Origin: Candidatus Eiseniibacteriota bacterium
Lineage (GTDB): Bacteria; Eisenbacteria; RBG-16-71-46; CAZAMP01
NCBI GenBank assembly: GCA_965224245.1
Contig: OZ245046.1
Span: 5,115,583-5,179,582, forward strand
DNA length: 64,000 nt
Direction of reading: 5' to 3'
The notes below the pieces were generated by a model that made no database searches, was not told where the DNA came from, and was given only the letters and a program-made list of their open reading frames with translations. Position numbers and translations under genes: made by a program. Within the stretch, counting starts at the first letter, position 1. Every line of letters starts with the position of its first letter. Positions 37,488-46,908 of the stretch are shown here, in pieces.

Positions 37488-38150
37488 GTGAGTGCTCGAG
37501 GAGGCCGAGACAAACGGACCGTGCGAGGGAGGTGGGAGCGCCCCGTGTCGTCGTATCGCACGCTGGGCTCGGAGAGCCGACTCGAGATTCCGAAGATCAA
37601 GGGCTCTCGCTTCATCGCCACCTGCGTCCCGGTGGCCGACGCCACCGGGGCGAGCGTGGCGCTCGAGCGGATCCGCCGGGAGCTGTACGACGCCCGTCAC
37701 CACTGCTCGGCCTATCGCCTGGGGCGCTCGACCGACGTGTTCCGCGCCGACGACGACGGCGAGCCCTCGGGATCGGCCGGCCGTCCCATCCTGCGTGAGA
37801 TCGACGCACGCGATCTGGTCGACACGCTCGTGATCGTGACACGCTACTTCGGCGGGACGAAGCTCGGGGTGGGTGGGCTCGTTCGCGCGTACGGGTCGGC
37901 CGCCGGAGCGGCGCTCGATGCCGCGGATGTGCGCACGATCGTCATCACGCAGCGCGTGACGGTCCGGCACGCCTACGAGCTCTCGAGCGCGATCGCGGCG
38001 GCTCTGGCCACGACCGGCCACCAGCCGGTGGCCGTGGAGTACCTGGAGGTCGTCACGCTGGCGTTCGACATCCCGGTCGGGGACGTCGAGCGCTTTCGCA
38101 CCGAGGTCGTGAACCGCACGGCGGGACAGGTCGAGATCGACGTCGCGTGA
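37488..38150 (+). CDS. yigZ: YigZ / IMPACT family (UPF0029) protein
   Basis: IKGSRFIATCVPV, HHCSAYRLG, DDGEPSGSAGRPIL and VIVTRYFGGTKLGVGGLVRAY. An alternative GTG start at 37545 follows GGGAGG. Confidence 0.85.
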   Translation: MSARGGRDKRTVRGRWERPVSSYRTLGSESRLEIPKIKGSRFIATCVPVADATGASVALERIRRELYDARHHCSAYRLGRSTDVFRADDDGEPSGSAGRPILREIDARDLVDTLVIVTRYFGGTKLGVGGLVRAYGSAAGAALDAADVRTIVITQRVTVRHAYELSSAIAAALATTGHQPVAVEYLEVVTLAFDIPVGDVERFRTEVVNRTAGQVEIDVA

Positions 38151-38282
38151 TCGGCCACGCGGGCGCACCACGACCGACCCCACGGCGGAGCCTGGTACGC
38201 GCTCACGCCGTGCGGTAACCTCCACGCTCGCGTCCGCACGTTCAGCGTTTCGTGCGCTTGCACCCGATGTTGCGAGAGGCCG

Positions 38283-39107
38283 ATGTCGATCTCGTTCTCA
38301 GAGCGCCTCGATCACGCGATCACGTCACGGAAGAGCCATCTCTGCATCGGGCTCGACCCCAACCCCGAGCGGATGGCCATTCCCGACGTCACGGCGTTCA
38401 ATCGCGCCATCGTGACCGCGACCGCGGACGCGGCCTGCGCCTACAAGCTCCAGCTCGCGTTCTACGAGGCCGGCGGGTCGGACGGCATTCGCAGCCTCGA
38501 GGAGACGGTCGCGTTCATCCGCACGGAGGCGCCCGGCGTCCTCGTGATCGGCGACGGGAAGCGGGGTGACATCGGATCCACCGCGACCGCGTACGCGAGG
38601 GCCATGTTCGAGACGTGGGGTTTCGACGCGGCCACCGTCAACGCCTACCAGGGACGCGACGCGATCGAGCCGTTCCTCGCGTACGAGGGACGCGGCGCGT
38701 TCGTCCTCTGCCGGACGTCCAATCCCAGCTCGACCGAGCTCCAGGAGCTCTCCGTGTCGCGCGACGGCCAGCCGGTGCTGCTCTACCGGCACGTGGCCGA
38801 GCTCTGCGAGACGTGGTCGGCGGGTCGGGGCAACGTGGGGCTCGTCGTGGGGGCGACGGCGCCCGAACGGCTGGAGGAGCTGCGCGATCGTCACCCCGAG
38901 ATGCCGTTCCTGGTCCCCGGCATCGGCGCGCAGGGGGGCGACGTGACGCGCGTGATGCGCGTGGCCGCCAGCGCGGCCGGACGCGGGGTGATCCTCAACT
39001 CGTCGCGTCAGATCCTCTACGCGTCGAGCGACCCCGACACGTTCGCGAATGCCGCGCGCCGCGTCGCGCTGGCCACGCGCGAGGAGATCACGCGCGCGCT
39101 CGGCTGA
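38283..39107 (+). CDS. pyrF: Orotidine 5'-phosphate decarboxylase (type 2)
   Basis: LCIGLDPN, GDGKRGDIGSTA and PGIGAQGG, the typical long-form PyrF motifs. Confidence 0.9.
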   Translation: MSISFSERLDHAITSRKSHLCIGLDPNPERMAIPDVTAFNRAIVTATADAACAYKLQLAFYEAGGSDGIRSLEETVAFIRTEAPGVLVIGDGKRGDIGSTATAYARAMFETWGFDAATVNAYQGRDAIEPFLAYEGRGAFVLCRTSNPSSTELQELSVSRDGQPVLLYRHVAELCETWSAGRGNVGLVVGATAPERLEELRDRHPEMPFLVPGIGAQGGDVTRVMRVAASAAGRGVILNSSRQILYASSDPDTFANAARRVALATREEITRALG

Positions 39108-39190
39108 CGACACTCACCGTCACGCGGAAGGTGTCGGCCGGGCGCTCGCGCGGCGCTCGCCGGCGAGGCGCCGGCTCCGGGTCGATCCGT

Positions 39191-39868
39191 TCAGAGTCCC
39201 GCCGCCCTCAGCGCGGAGCCGTCGCCCGTCTCGAGCGCGGGGACCAGCTCGCAGAGCCGCTTCTTCAACGCGAGCCGGGCGCGGTTGACGCGGCTTCGCA
39301 CCGTGCCGCCCGGGATCGCGAGCACGTCGGCGATCTCGCCGTACGCGAGGCCCTGCAGATCGCGCAGCACGAGGATCTCCCGATGATGGGGGGCGAGGTC
39401 CTCGATGGCGCCGCGCACGAGCGCCGCGGTGTCGCCGCGACTGACCGTCTCGTCCGCCAGCGGTCCGTCGTCCTCGAGCTGGAACGTGTACCCGTCGTTC
39501 ATGCCGGTGACCGGGTCGATCGGCATCGATGCGCCCTGCCGTTTCACGCGGCGCAGCTCGTTGCGTGCGATGTTCAACGCGATCGTGTGCAGCCAGGTCG
39601 TGAAGCGAGCCGTCGCGCGGTACCTCCGGCGATGGCGGAAGACACGCACGAAGACCTCCTGGCTGAGCTCCTCGGCCCGATCGCGGTCGCGCACGACCCG
39701 CGCGATCAGGTTGATCACGTGGGCGCCGTGACGATCGACCAGCGCCCGAAACGCCGCGTCGGAGTCCTCGGCGCAGAGGGCCATGAGCTCCTCGTCGCTC
39801 GTGGTCGAGAAATCGAAACGCCGCTCGCGCGCCGGGGCGCGTGGGATGGCGAGAATGTTGTCGCTCAT
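39191..39868 (-). CDS. ECF-type RNA polymerase sigma-70 factor
   Basis: Region 2 (FRALVDRHGAHVINLIARVV..DRAEELSQEVFVRVF...FTTWLHTIALNIARNELRR) and region 4 (REILVLRDLQGLAYGEIADVLAIPGGTVRSRVNRARLAL). Confidence 0.9.
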   Translation of the reverse strand: MSDNILAIPRAPARERRFDFSTTSDEELMALCAEDSDAAFRALVDRHGAHVINLIARVVRDRDRAEELSQEVFVRVFRHRRRYRATARFTTWLHTIALNIARNELRRVKRQGASMPIDPVTGMNDGYTFQLEDDGPLADETVSRGDTAALVRGAIEDLAPHHREILVLRDLQGLAYGEIADVLAIPGGTVRSRVNRARLALKKRLCELVPALETGDGSALRAAGL

Positions 39869-39945
39869 GACAGGCTCCTTGTGTCGAGGTGGAGTGCCTC
39901 GCCGTCACGAGGTATCAAGGGGCGTGCCGAAAGCCGGCCAAGGTC

Positions 39946-39971
39946 GTAAATAGCTGTAAATATGGTATTTA
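39946..39971. promoter_or_regulatory. AT-rich repeat element upstream of the ECF sigma gene
   Basis: gtaaata-gct-gtaaata-tgg-tattta: two direct copies with a 10-bp period plus one inverted half-site, 78-103 nt upstream of the start at 39868. Function unknown. Confidence 0.25.
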
Positions 39972-40151
39972 GGGAACCGGAAGCGAACAAGCGTCGAACG
40001 GCGGTTCGCATCGTTGCATCACCTGCGTGTGACGCGGATGCCACAGGTGGGGCGGGGATGCGATGCCGGCCGCGCGGGTCCCGGAAGGACCTCCGCCCGC
40101 CTCTTCACAGCGGGAGAACGAGCAGGGGACGGAGGTCCGGGAGTCCGGTGG

Positions 40152-41474
40152 CTACGGCAGCACGGTGAGGCGGCGTGTCGTGGTCAGACCGGTGGTCGAG
40201 ACCCGCACGAAGTACACGCCCGGGCTCACCGACCGACCCCGGTCATCGAGCCCGTTCCAGACCACGGACCGTGCGCCGGCGTCCTCGACGCGGTCGATCA
40301 GCGTCCGGTGACGGCGGCCCGCGACGTCGTAGACGCCGAGCGAGACGCGGCCGGCCTCGGCCAGCACATACGAGATCTCCGCGCCGGCGCGCGTCGGGTT
40401 GGGCGCCATGCGCGAGATGTCGACCGGCGGGACCGACACGTCACCGACACTCACGACGGCGTCCAGGTCGACGCGGAAGCCTCGGATCGCGAAGGAGGGG
40501 TCGAAGCCCCAGCCGACGATCACGCGTCCGTCCGCGGAGACGCCGGTGGCGGTGGCGAGCGTCCAGCCCTCGGCCCCGGTGATGCCCTCGGCCGCTAGAT
40601 AGTCGTCGAGGCGCTGCAGCCCCGCGCCCTCGATCCAGATGAACGCGGCACGGTCTCCACCGAAGCCGGACCAGCCCACGATGACCGAGCCGTCGTCGCT
40701 CACGTCGGTCGCGCTCGAGCGCCAGTTGAAGCCCGCGAGGCCGCCGATCGACTCCACGGCCGATCCGCCGATCCAGCGGTAGGCGTCCGAGGTGGCGGTG
40801 CTGCCGCCCACGACGACCGAGCCGTCCGGCGTGGCCGCCTGCGCCTCGCCCACCGGGATCGAGGACGCGTCGACCAGCAACGTCTGCACGCCGTCGACCC
40901 AGATCGCCCCCTGACGGAAGCCGTCGCTGGCATCCTGCCAGCCCACGATGACCGTTCCGTCCGCGGAAACGTTGTTGGCCCGCGAGCTGCGGTCGGCGAC
41001 CGTGCTGCCCAGATCGACCCAGCCGGTGCTCTCTTCCCAGGCGATCGCGTGCGCGCGGCAGCCCGGCACCCAGCCGAGTCCGACGATCGCGGAGCCGTCG
41101 CCGTCGACGCCCCACGCGCTGCTCAGGAACGCGTCGCACGAGGCGCCGCCGGGCACGAGGCCGAGGCTCGTCCATCCGTCGACACGGTTCCACCGGGCGG
41201 CGGTCTGGAGGCCGCCGTCGTCGATCGTGCCCACGACGGTCTGCCCGTCGTCGGTGATTCCCGAGCCCTCGAGACCGCCGATCAGCTCCACACCGCCCGA
41301 CGCGGTCCAGAGAAACGCCTGGCCGGTCGATGTGGACGTGCCGACCACGGTGTCGCCGTCGGGCGTGCAGCCGTCGGGGAACAGGTTCAATCCGAGGTCT
41401 TCGAAGGGTGTGGCCGCCACGGTCGTCGGGAGGATCCAGACGGCGGCGATCGAGAGGATCATACGAGCTTTCAT
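40152..41474 (-). CDS. Secreted repeat protein (HAF-family-like extracellular repeats) with a FlgD/T9SS-type C-terminal domain
   Basis: Signal peptide MKARMILSIAAVWILPTTVAA. Repeated units of the form (V/I)S(A/D)DG(S/T)V(I/V)VG(W/T). C-terminus is NPTRAGAEISYVL..LGVYDVAGRRHRTL..WNGLDDRGRSVSPGVYFVRV. Confidence 0.8.
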   Translation of the reverse strand: MKARMILSIAAVWILPTTVAATPFEDLGLNLFPDGCTPDGDTVVGTSTSTGQAFLWTASGGVELIGGLEGSGITDDGQTVVGTIDDGGLQTAARWNRVDGWTSLGLVPGGASCDAFLSSAWGVDGDGSAIVGLGWVPGCRAHAIAWEESTGWVDLGSTVADRSSRANNVSADGTVIVGWQDASDGFRQGAIWVDGVQTLLVDASSIPVGEAQAATPDGSVVVGGSTATSDAYRWIGGSAVESIGGLAGFNWRSSATDVSDDGSVIVGWSGFGGDRAAFIWIEGAGLQRLDDYLAAEGITGAEGWTLATATGVSADGRVIVGWGFDPSFAIRGFRVDLDAVVSVGDVSVPPVDISRMAPNPTRAGAEISYVLAEAGRVSLGVYDVAGRRHRTLIDRVEDAGARSVVWNGLDDRGRSVSPGVYFVRVSTTGLTTTRRLTVLP

Positions 41475-41594
41475 CGCGTGACTCCTGAGACGCGGAGTCC
41501 TCGGCGTCTGGACTCCGCGCCGGTTGTGGGCCGCGCGCGCTGACCGAGGTGTCCGGCCACCGCGCTCGCCAGAGAGCGTAGCACAACTTCCCAA

Positions 41595-41631
41595 GAACTC
41601 CGAGAATTCTCTAAGAGAATTTCCAGAGTTC
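41595..41631. promoter_or_regulatory. AT-rich nested palindromes in a divergent intergenic region
   Basis: The outer arms gaactc and gagttc enclose the sequence cgagaattctctaagagaatttcca. Inside it, gagaattctc is self-complementary and aattctc-taa-gagaatt forms a 7-bp hairpin. The element lies between the divergent genes starting at 41474(-) and 41748(+). Confidence 0.3.
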
Positions 41632-41747
41632 TTTTTCCGAGATCCCGACGCGTGTGTTACGCTCGGCGGCGCGGGCGGACGGAGGTCCGTGATCGCCGCA
41701 AGCGATTGAACCAAAATCGATTGAAATCCAACCCAGGGAGACGTCAC

Positions 41748-43004
41748 GTGACCGACGCCGGGCTCTCGGCCACTCGGCCGGCCTCCGACGCCGACATCGA
41801 TGCCCAGATCAAGACGGTGGCCGAGGACCTCCGCGAGACCCTGAGCGCGGTCGCGGTGGGGGTCACCGGCGCCGCGATCCGCCCGGCCCGCCTGGTTCGA
41901 GATCTCGGCATCGACAAGAGCCTCGCCAGCCGCCTCGCACGCGGGCTCCGGGCGTCGACCGCGTACGAACTCATCCACTTCCTGCCGGCACCCACCGGGC
42001 TCCGGATCTACCTCCGCGCGGCCGCGCAGGCGGGAGTCCCGCGTGCGCTGACCGCCCGCGCGGAGCGCGCGGTCGACGCGTTCCAGGCGCTGCTCGATGG
42101 GCTCCCCGGCGGACGAGCCGCCCTCGACACGCTGATCTCGGCGTCGGTCGCCGAGGTTCGAGACCGGAGCGAGCGCAGCGCGAAGCAGGCCGTCTATCGC
42201 GGGATGAGCACGCTCCTCGGCTTCCACTGCGATGCCATCACGTCGACGCTGATCTTCTTCCCGTCCGAGCGGTCCGACCGCGTGGATGCCGTCGAGGTCA
42301 GCCAGCGACGCGGCATCCGCCGGCTGCGACCGAGCACGCCGGTCGCGCTGTTCAGCGTCGCCATGGATGTGAAGGGCGAGGCGGACGGCGAGCTACCCGT
42401 TCTGGAGACGATCGACGGCGGGCGCAACGTCCGGGATCCCCGGCGCTACCTGCTGCCGGGTCACTCGAGCGATCCGCTACCGGATCTCGACCTCATCGAG
42501 GAGAACGGACATCTCGTGTTCGGACTCTCGGACGACACGATCTCGCTGCACCATCCGGTGACCGTGGCGTCGATCCTCGTCGTGCGGCGTGGCTGGCCAC
42601 GCTACCGCGATGAGACCGCGCCCGACGCCGCGCGCACGTACCTCCTGCACTATCCCTGCAAGCGGGTCGTCCGAGAGGTCTACGTCCACGACGAGATCTA
42701 CGTGGGCGCGAATCCGGACGTTCGCTTCGAGTTCCCGAGCCCGAGGGGCTCGCGTACGGCTCGACCCACCGGCAAGGCGGCCCGGCTGAACACGCTCGAC
42801 GTGGTGTGTCCGATCGAGCAGCTCGGAGTCGGGATCACGCGCGGGGCGGTCCCCGGTCTGCCCGGACACGCCGAGATGGTCCGCGATGCGTTCGCGCTGG
42901 CCGGCCTGGACGCGACGCGGTTCCGCGGCTACCGCACGGATTTGGCCTACCCGGTCCCGATGACGACGATGGGCTGGTGGATCCCGGTCCCGGAGCGACG
43001 CTGA
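41748..43004 (+). CDS. Uncharacterised 418-aa protein with an N-terminal helix-turn-helix-like segment
   Basis: Consistent G/C-ending codons. GTG start 9 nt after GGGAGA. The segment RPARLVRDLGIDKSLASRLARGL looks HTH-like. I recognise no family for the remaining roughly 350 aa. Confidence 0.65.
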   Translation: MTDAGLSATRPASDADIDAQIKTVAEDLRETLSAVAVGVTGAAIRPARLVRDLGIDKSLASRLARGLRASTAYELIHFLPAPTGLRIYLRAAAQAGVPRALTARAERAVDAFQALLDGLPGGRAALDTLISASVAEVRDRSERSAKQAVYRGMSTLLGFHCDAITSTLIFFPSERSDRVDAVEVSQRRGIRRLRPSTPVALFSVAMDVKGEADGELPVLETIDGGRNVRDPRRYLLPGHSSDPLPDLDLIEENGHLVFGLSDDTISLHHPVTVASILVVRRGWPRYRDETAPDAARTYLLHYPCKRVVREVYVHDEIYVGANPDVRFEFPSPRGSRTARPTGKAARLNTLDVVCPIEQLGVGITRGAVPGLPGHAEMVRDAFALAGLDATRFRGYRTDLAYPVPMTTMGWWIPVPERR

Positions 43005-43055
43005 CGACGGCCGCTCCACGGAATCGAGATCATCGCCCGAGGGCGAGTGCCAGGC

Positions 43056-43472
43056 TCAGGCCCACGGATCGTAGGTGCCGAAGCTCCACACGTGTCCCTC
43101 TAGATCGCGGCACGTGTAGCCGCGGCCGCCATAGTCCTGGTCCACCAGCGGCAGGATCACGCGCGCGCCCGCGGCGACCGCGCGAGCATGGTGCGCGTCA
43201 GCATCGTCCACGACCACGTACGACGACTGCGTGTTGGCGCCGTCGGGTCCGTCGGGCGGTCGCACGACCTGTCCGAAGGAGTCGTCCAGCGCCGAGCCGA
43301 GCATGATCATGCTGTTGCCGAAGCGAAGCTGCGCGTGGGGCACGGTCCCGTCCGGCCCCGGGACCACGAGATGGCGCTCGAAGCCGAAGGCCTCGCAGAG
43401 CCAGTCGATCGCGGCGTGGGCATCACGATAGCGGATCCCCGGGATGACCCTGGCGTATCCGGACTTGCTCAT
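43056..43472 (-). CDS. VOC (glyoxalase/bleomycin-resistance) family protein
   Basis: VIPGIRYRDAHAAIDWLCEAFGFE.......HAQL.FG...IML and ...DYGGRGYTCRDLEGHVWSFGTYDPW, typical of the PhnB/glyoxalase-like fold. Confidence 0.8.
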   Translation of the reverse strand: MSKSGYARVIPGIRYRDAHAAIDWLCEAFGFERHLVVPGPDGTVPHAQLRFGNSMIMLGSALDDSFGQVVRPPDGPDGANTQSSYVVVDDADAHHARAVAAGARVILPLVDQDYGGRGYTCRDLEGHVWSFGTYDPWA

Positions 43473-43643
43473 GCTGGTCCCTCCTCGCTCACGGGATGCG
43501 CGGCGTGCCCCCGCACAGTAGAGTGCGGACGCGTGTCACGCAGGTGACGTCCCCGGCCGGGGACGATGATCGCCCGAACGGCCCCGGTAGGTCCAGCGGC
43601 CCGCGGCGGCGACACGCGCGCAGGCTCTCGACCCGGAGGTGCG

Positions 43644-44907
43644 GTGAACGACGTCGGGTATCTGATCATCGCCGCCGCGGTTCTCGCGTTCGCGCTCGGG
43701 GCCCGTACCCTGTCGCGATCGGTCGTCACCGCGCCGATGGCGTTTCTCGTCGTGGGGCTCCTGCTGTCGGAATCGGGGCTCGTGCGGGGCGAAGGTGCCG
43801 AGCGCCTGCTGCACGTCCTCGCCGAGGCGACGCTGGTACTGGTGCTGTTCTCCGACGCCGCCCGGATCGACCTCCTCGCGCTCCGGCGAAAGCACGTGTG
43901 GCCGATGCGCATGCTCGTGATCGGCCTGCCGACTGGCGGTCGTCCTGGGGACGGTGGCCTTTCGCGTGCTGCTGCCGGACTGGTCGGTGTGGTCGGTGGC
44001 GCTGCTCGCCGCGATCCTGGCCCCGACGGATGCGGCCCTGGGGCAGGCCGTCATCACCAACCGCAACGTTCCCGAGCGGGTCCGGCGCGCGCTGACAGTG
44101 GAGAGCGGTCTGAACGACGGGCTCGCGCTCCCCATCGTCTTGCTTTTCGGCTGTCTCGCGTCCGCGCACGCGGCCGGCGACCAGAACTGGCCGCTGTTCA
44201 CGCTCGCACAGCTCGCGCTGGGTCCGGTGGCCGGCGTCGCGGTCGGGTACACCGGGGCCAGGCTCCTTCGAGGCGCGTCCGACCGTGGGGCGACCGATGC
44301 GGCGTACGAGGGCATCGTCGTGCTCGCGCTGGCGGCCCTGGCCTACCTCGCCGCCACGGCGATCGGCGGGAACGGCTTCATCGCGGCGTTCGCGGCCGGT
44401 CTCGCGTTCGGTCACGCAGTCGGTGGCCGGTGCCGGTTCGTCTTCGAGTTCGCCGAGGCCGAGGGCAACGCACTCGTGCTGGTCACGTTCCTGGTGCTCG
44501 GCGCGTCGCTCCTGCCCGACGCCATCGCGCGCGCCGAGCCGGGCGTGGTCGTGGCCGGGATCGTGAGCCTGGTCGCGGTTCGACCGCTGGCGATCTGGCT
44601 GTCACTGCTCGGCACGGACGCCGCGCCGATCACGCGACTGTTCTTCGGCTGGTTCGGTCCGCGCGGCCTGGCCTCGGCGCTCTTCGCGCTCCTGATCGTA
44701 CCGCAGCTGGATGCCGAGATGGCCGACGCCGTGCTCGCGGCGGCCGTGCTCGTGGTCGGGATCAGCGCGGTCTTGCACGGCATGACGGCGGCCCCCGCCG
44801 CGGTCTGGTACGGACGGCACGTGCGTGGCGGCGGCGACCGCCCGGAGACGATGCCGATCGAGTCGAGCGCGATGCCGCTGCGCCACGACGCATCGCGTCG
44901 ATCCTAG
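43644..44907 (+). pseudogene. Cation:proton antiporter (CPA1/NhaP-like) interrupted by a single-base frameshift near 43931
   Basis: The N-terminal roughly 95 codons (VNDVGYLIIAAAVLAFALG...RMLVIGLP) are in one frame. The rest (LAVVLGTVAFRVLLPDWS...ESGLNDGLALP...GWFGPRGLASA) continues in the +1 frame. Deleting the 'a' in ctgccgActggcg restores ...IGLPLAVVLG.... Confidence 0.8.
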
Positions 44908-44925
44908 CAGCGCCCCTGCGGCGCG

Positions 44926-45672
44926 CTACCGGTAGGCCGGGTTGTCGAAGTCGAACCGACAGCCGGCCTCCCACTCCGAGCGCTGGTTCCCGTGCGCCGG
45001 AATGCCGCCCGCGTCCTTGAGCATCCGGGCCATGTGCATCAGGTTCCAGGTCATGAACGTCGTGTTTCGATTGGTGAAGTCGTTCTCGGGACCGCCGGAT
45101 CCCTCGTCCAGGTAGGACGGGCCGGGACCGGCCTCGCCCAGCCAGGCCGCGTCGGCCTGCGGCGGGATCACGTAGCCGAGGTGCTGGAGCGAGTAGAGGA
45201 TGTTCATCGCGCAGTGCTTCGCGCCGTCCTCGTTGCCGGTGATCAGGCAGCCGCCGACCTTCCCGTAGTCGGCGTACTGGCCCTGTGCATTCAGGATGTG
45301 TGAGTTGGCGTAGAGCCGTTCGATCACCTGCGTGCACACCGACGTCTTCTCGCCGAGCCAGATCGCGCTGCCGATCACGACGATGTCGGCCGCGGTGACC
45401 TTCGCGTAGAGCCGGGGCCACTCGTCTGTGTCCCAGCCGTGCTCGGTCATGTCACCGTAGATTCCGAACGCGATGTCGTGGTCCACCGGACGCACGAGCT
45501 CGCACGAGATGCCGTTCTTCTCCATGATCCCCATGGAGATCCGGATGAGCCCCTCGGTGTGGGACAGCTGTGGGGTCTTCTTCAGCGTGCAGTTCAGGAA
45601 CAGCGCGCGGAGATCGGAGAAGTCCCACCGACTCCGGCTGCACAGATCGAGCTGCCTCTCGTTCAGGCTCAT
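44926..45672 (-). CDS. Flavodoxin-like fold NAD(P)H-dependent FMN reductase family protein
   Basis: LFLNCTLKKTP..SHT, ADIVVIGSAIWLGEKTS and GGCLITGNEDGAKH. AGGAGG lies upstream of the ATG at 45672. Confidence 0.7.
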   Translation of the reverse strand: MSLNERQLDLCSRSRWDFSDLRALFLNCTLKKTPQLSHTEGLIRISMGIMEKNGISCELVRPVDHDIAFGIYGDMTEHGWDTDEWPRLYAKVTAADIVVIGSAIWLGEKTSVCTQVIERLYANSHILNAQGQYADYGKVGGCLITGNEDGAKHCAMNILYSLQHLGYVIPPQADAAWLGEAGPGPSYLDEGSGGPENDFTNRNTTFMTWNLMHMARMLKDAGGIPAHGNQRSEWEAGCRFDFDNPAYR

Positions 45673-45719
45673 CACCGCCTCCTGGCTCAGGCCACCGACT
45701 CCGGCTGGACCCGACCAGG

Positions 45720-46265
45720 TTACACGCTCACCCGGCCCGCGCGAAGTCCGCGAGCGCGGCACACCGGATCCAGCGCCGCACGCCAGATACGACGCTTTTC
45801 GGCGCGCGAGATGGCGGCGTGCGCGGGGCTGGTCGAGGGCAGGCGGCGATGTCGGATGTCGCGATGCGTGCTCAGTGTCGGCAACACGTGACGCCGATAG
45901 TGGGTCTCGGCCGTCGCACCGTTGAACAGCACGTCGCTGATCGCCGGGTGGGACGCGAGGAATCCCTCGATGTCGTTCGCGGTGACGGACCCGCCGTCGA
46001 TCGCCGAATCGAGGCTGCCCCGCCGCGCGCACGAGGCCAGCACGTCCCAGAGCGCGAGGCCCCCGGCCCTCACGGCGGTCACCCGGACGTCGTAGGGCGA
46101 GTCGGGGTCGATGCCGAGGACGTCACACACGATCGGCCAGAACGCGTTTCGCGGGTGGGCGTAGTACTGACCGGCCTCCAGCGAGGCCACGCCGGGCATG
46201 CTTCCCAGGATCAGCACCCGGGCGAAACGGTCGCCGATCGGGGGGAAGCTACGAACGACCGTCAT
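45720..46265 (-). CDS. Uracil-DNA glycosylase superfamily protein, hypoxanthine-DNA glycosylase (family 6)-like
   Basis: ILILGSMPGVASL..QYYAHPRNAFWPI and LPSTSPAHA match the deoxyinosine glycosylase subgroup as I recall it. Confidence 0.7.
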   Translation of the reverse strand: MTVVRSFPPIGDRFARVLILGSMPGVASLEAGQYYAHPRNAFWPIVCDVLGIDPDSPYDVRVTAVRAGGLALWDVLASCARRGSLDSAIDGGSVTANDIEGFLASHPAISDVLFNGATAETHYRRHVLPTLSTHRDIRHRRLPSTSPAHAAISRAEKRRIWRAALDPVCRARGLRAGRVSV

Positions 46266-46473
46266 CGCGCTCGGTGCGGGTGAGCGTTGCCACGATCATC
46301 GAGCCGACCGCCGCGAACGTCAACGACCAGAGCGCGAGTCCGGCCCAGTTGCCGGGGGTCGAGAACAGCGATGCCAGGGACGTCGTCTCTCGATCGAGCA
46401 GTCCCAGGCCGATTGCCGCCAGCAGGCTGGTGCAGGCGACGATCACGTACCGGCGGCGACTGTGCATGGCCAT
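46249..46473 (-). CDS. Small two-TM membrane protein (74 aa), hypothetical
   Basis: Two hydrophobic helices, G/C-ending codons, and tight packing in a co-directional gene string. Confidence 0.45.
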   Translation of the reverse strand: MAMHSRRRYVIVACTSLLAAIGLGLLDRETTSLASLFSTPGNWAGLALWSLTFAAVGSMIVATLTRTERDDGRS

Positions 46474-46494
46474 CTCCCGGGGACGAGCCCGACG

Positions 46495-46809
46495 CTACTG
46501 TGAGCTCTCGGTGGAGCTGTACGTGTACGACGACACCCGGCCGCCCGCGTCGAAGCTGATCTTCAGGTCCTTCGCCCGGGGCGTGCCGAAGAGCGCATAC
46601 CGGTAGTGTGCATAGGTCCACGTGCGTTCGCCGTCCTCGACTCCCGTCCGCCACGGGTCGCCGAAGAGACGCTGCACGTCCGCCTGCGTCGTCTCGCCGA
46701 TCTTCAACACGGTGACCGGCTCGGACGCGAAGTCGTGTCCGACGGTCGCGCAGGCGGAGAGCCCCGCGACCGCGAGCGGGAGGGCACAGCGGAGGATGCG
46801 AGGGCGCAC
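46495..46809 (-). CDS. SmpA/OmlA (BamE-like) lipoprotein
   Basis: Lipobox LAVAGLSAC. The segment KIGETTQADVQRLFGDPW is typical of BamE-like proteins. GTG start follows AAGGAG. Confidence 0.6.
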   Translation of the reverse strand: MRPRILRCALPLAVAGLSACATVGHDFASEPVTVLKIGETTQADVQRLFGDPWRTGVEDGERTWTYAHYRYALFGTPRAKDLKISFDAGGRVSSYTYSSTESSQ

Positions 46810-46908
46810 ACGAGCTCCTTTCCACGATCGTGATCGGGTCCAGCCCCGGATGGCGCACGGCATGTTTGCGTCGATGCCGTGAAACCGAGGTGAGCCGTGA
46901 TCCTACGC

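Noticed and set aside
39973-39995. GGAAC-N14-CGTC ECF-like promoter motif near the first ECF sigma gene
   Set aside because: It is on the plus strand and points away from the sigma gene, into the 3' end of a minus-strand gene. It is the wrong orientation for any annotated transcript.
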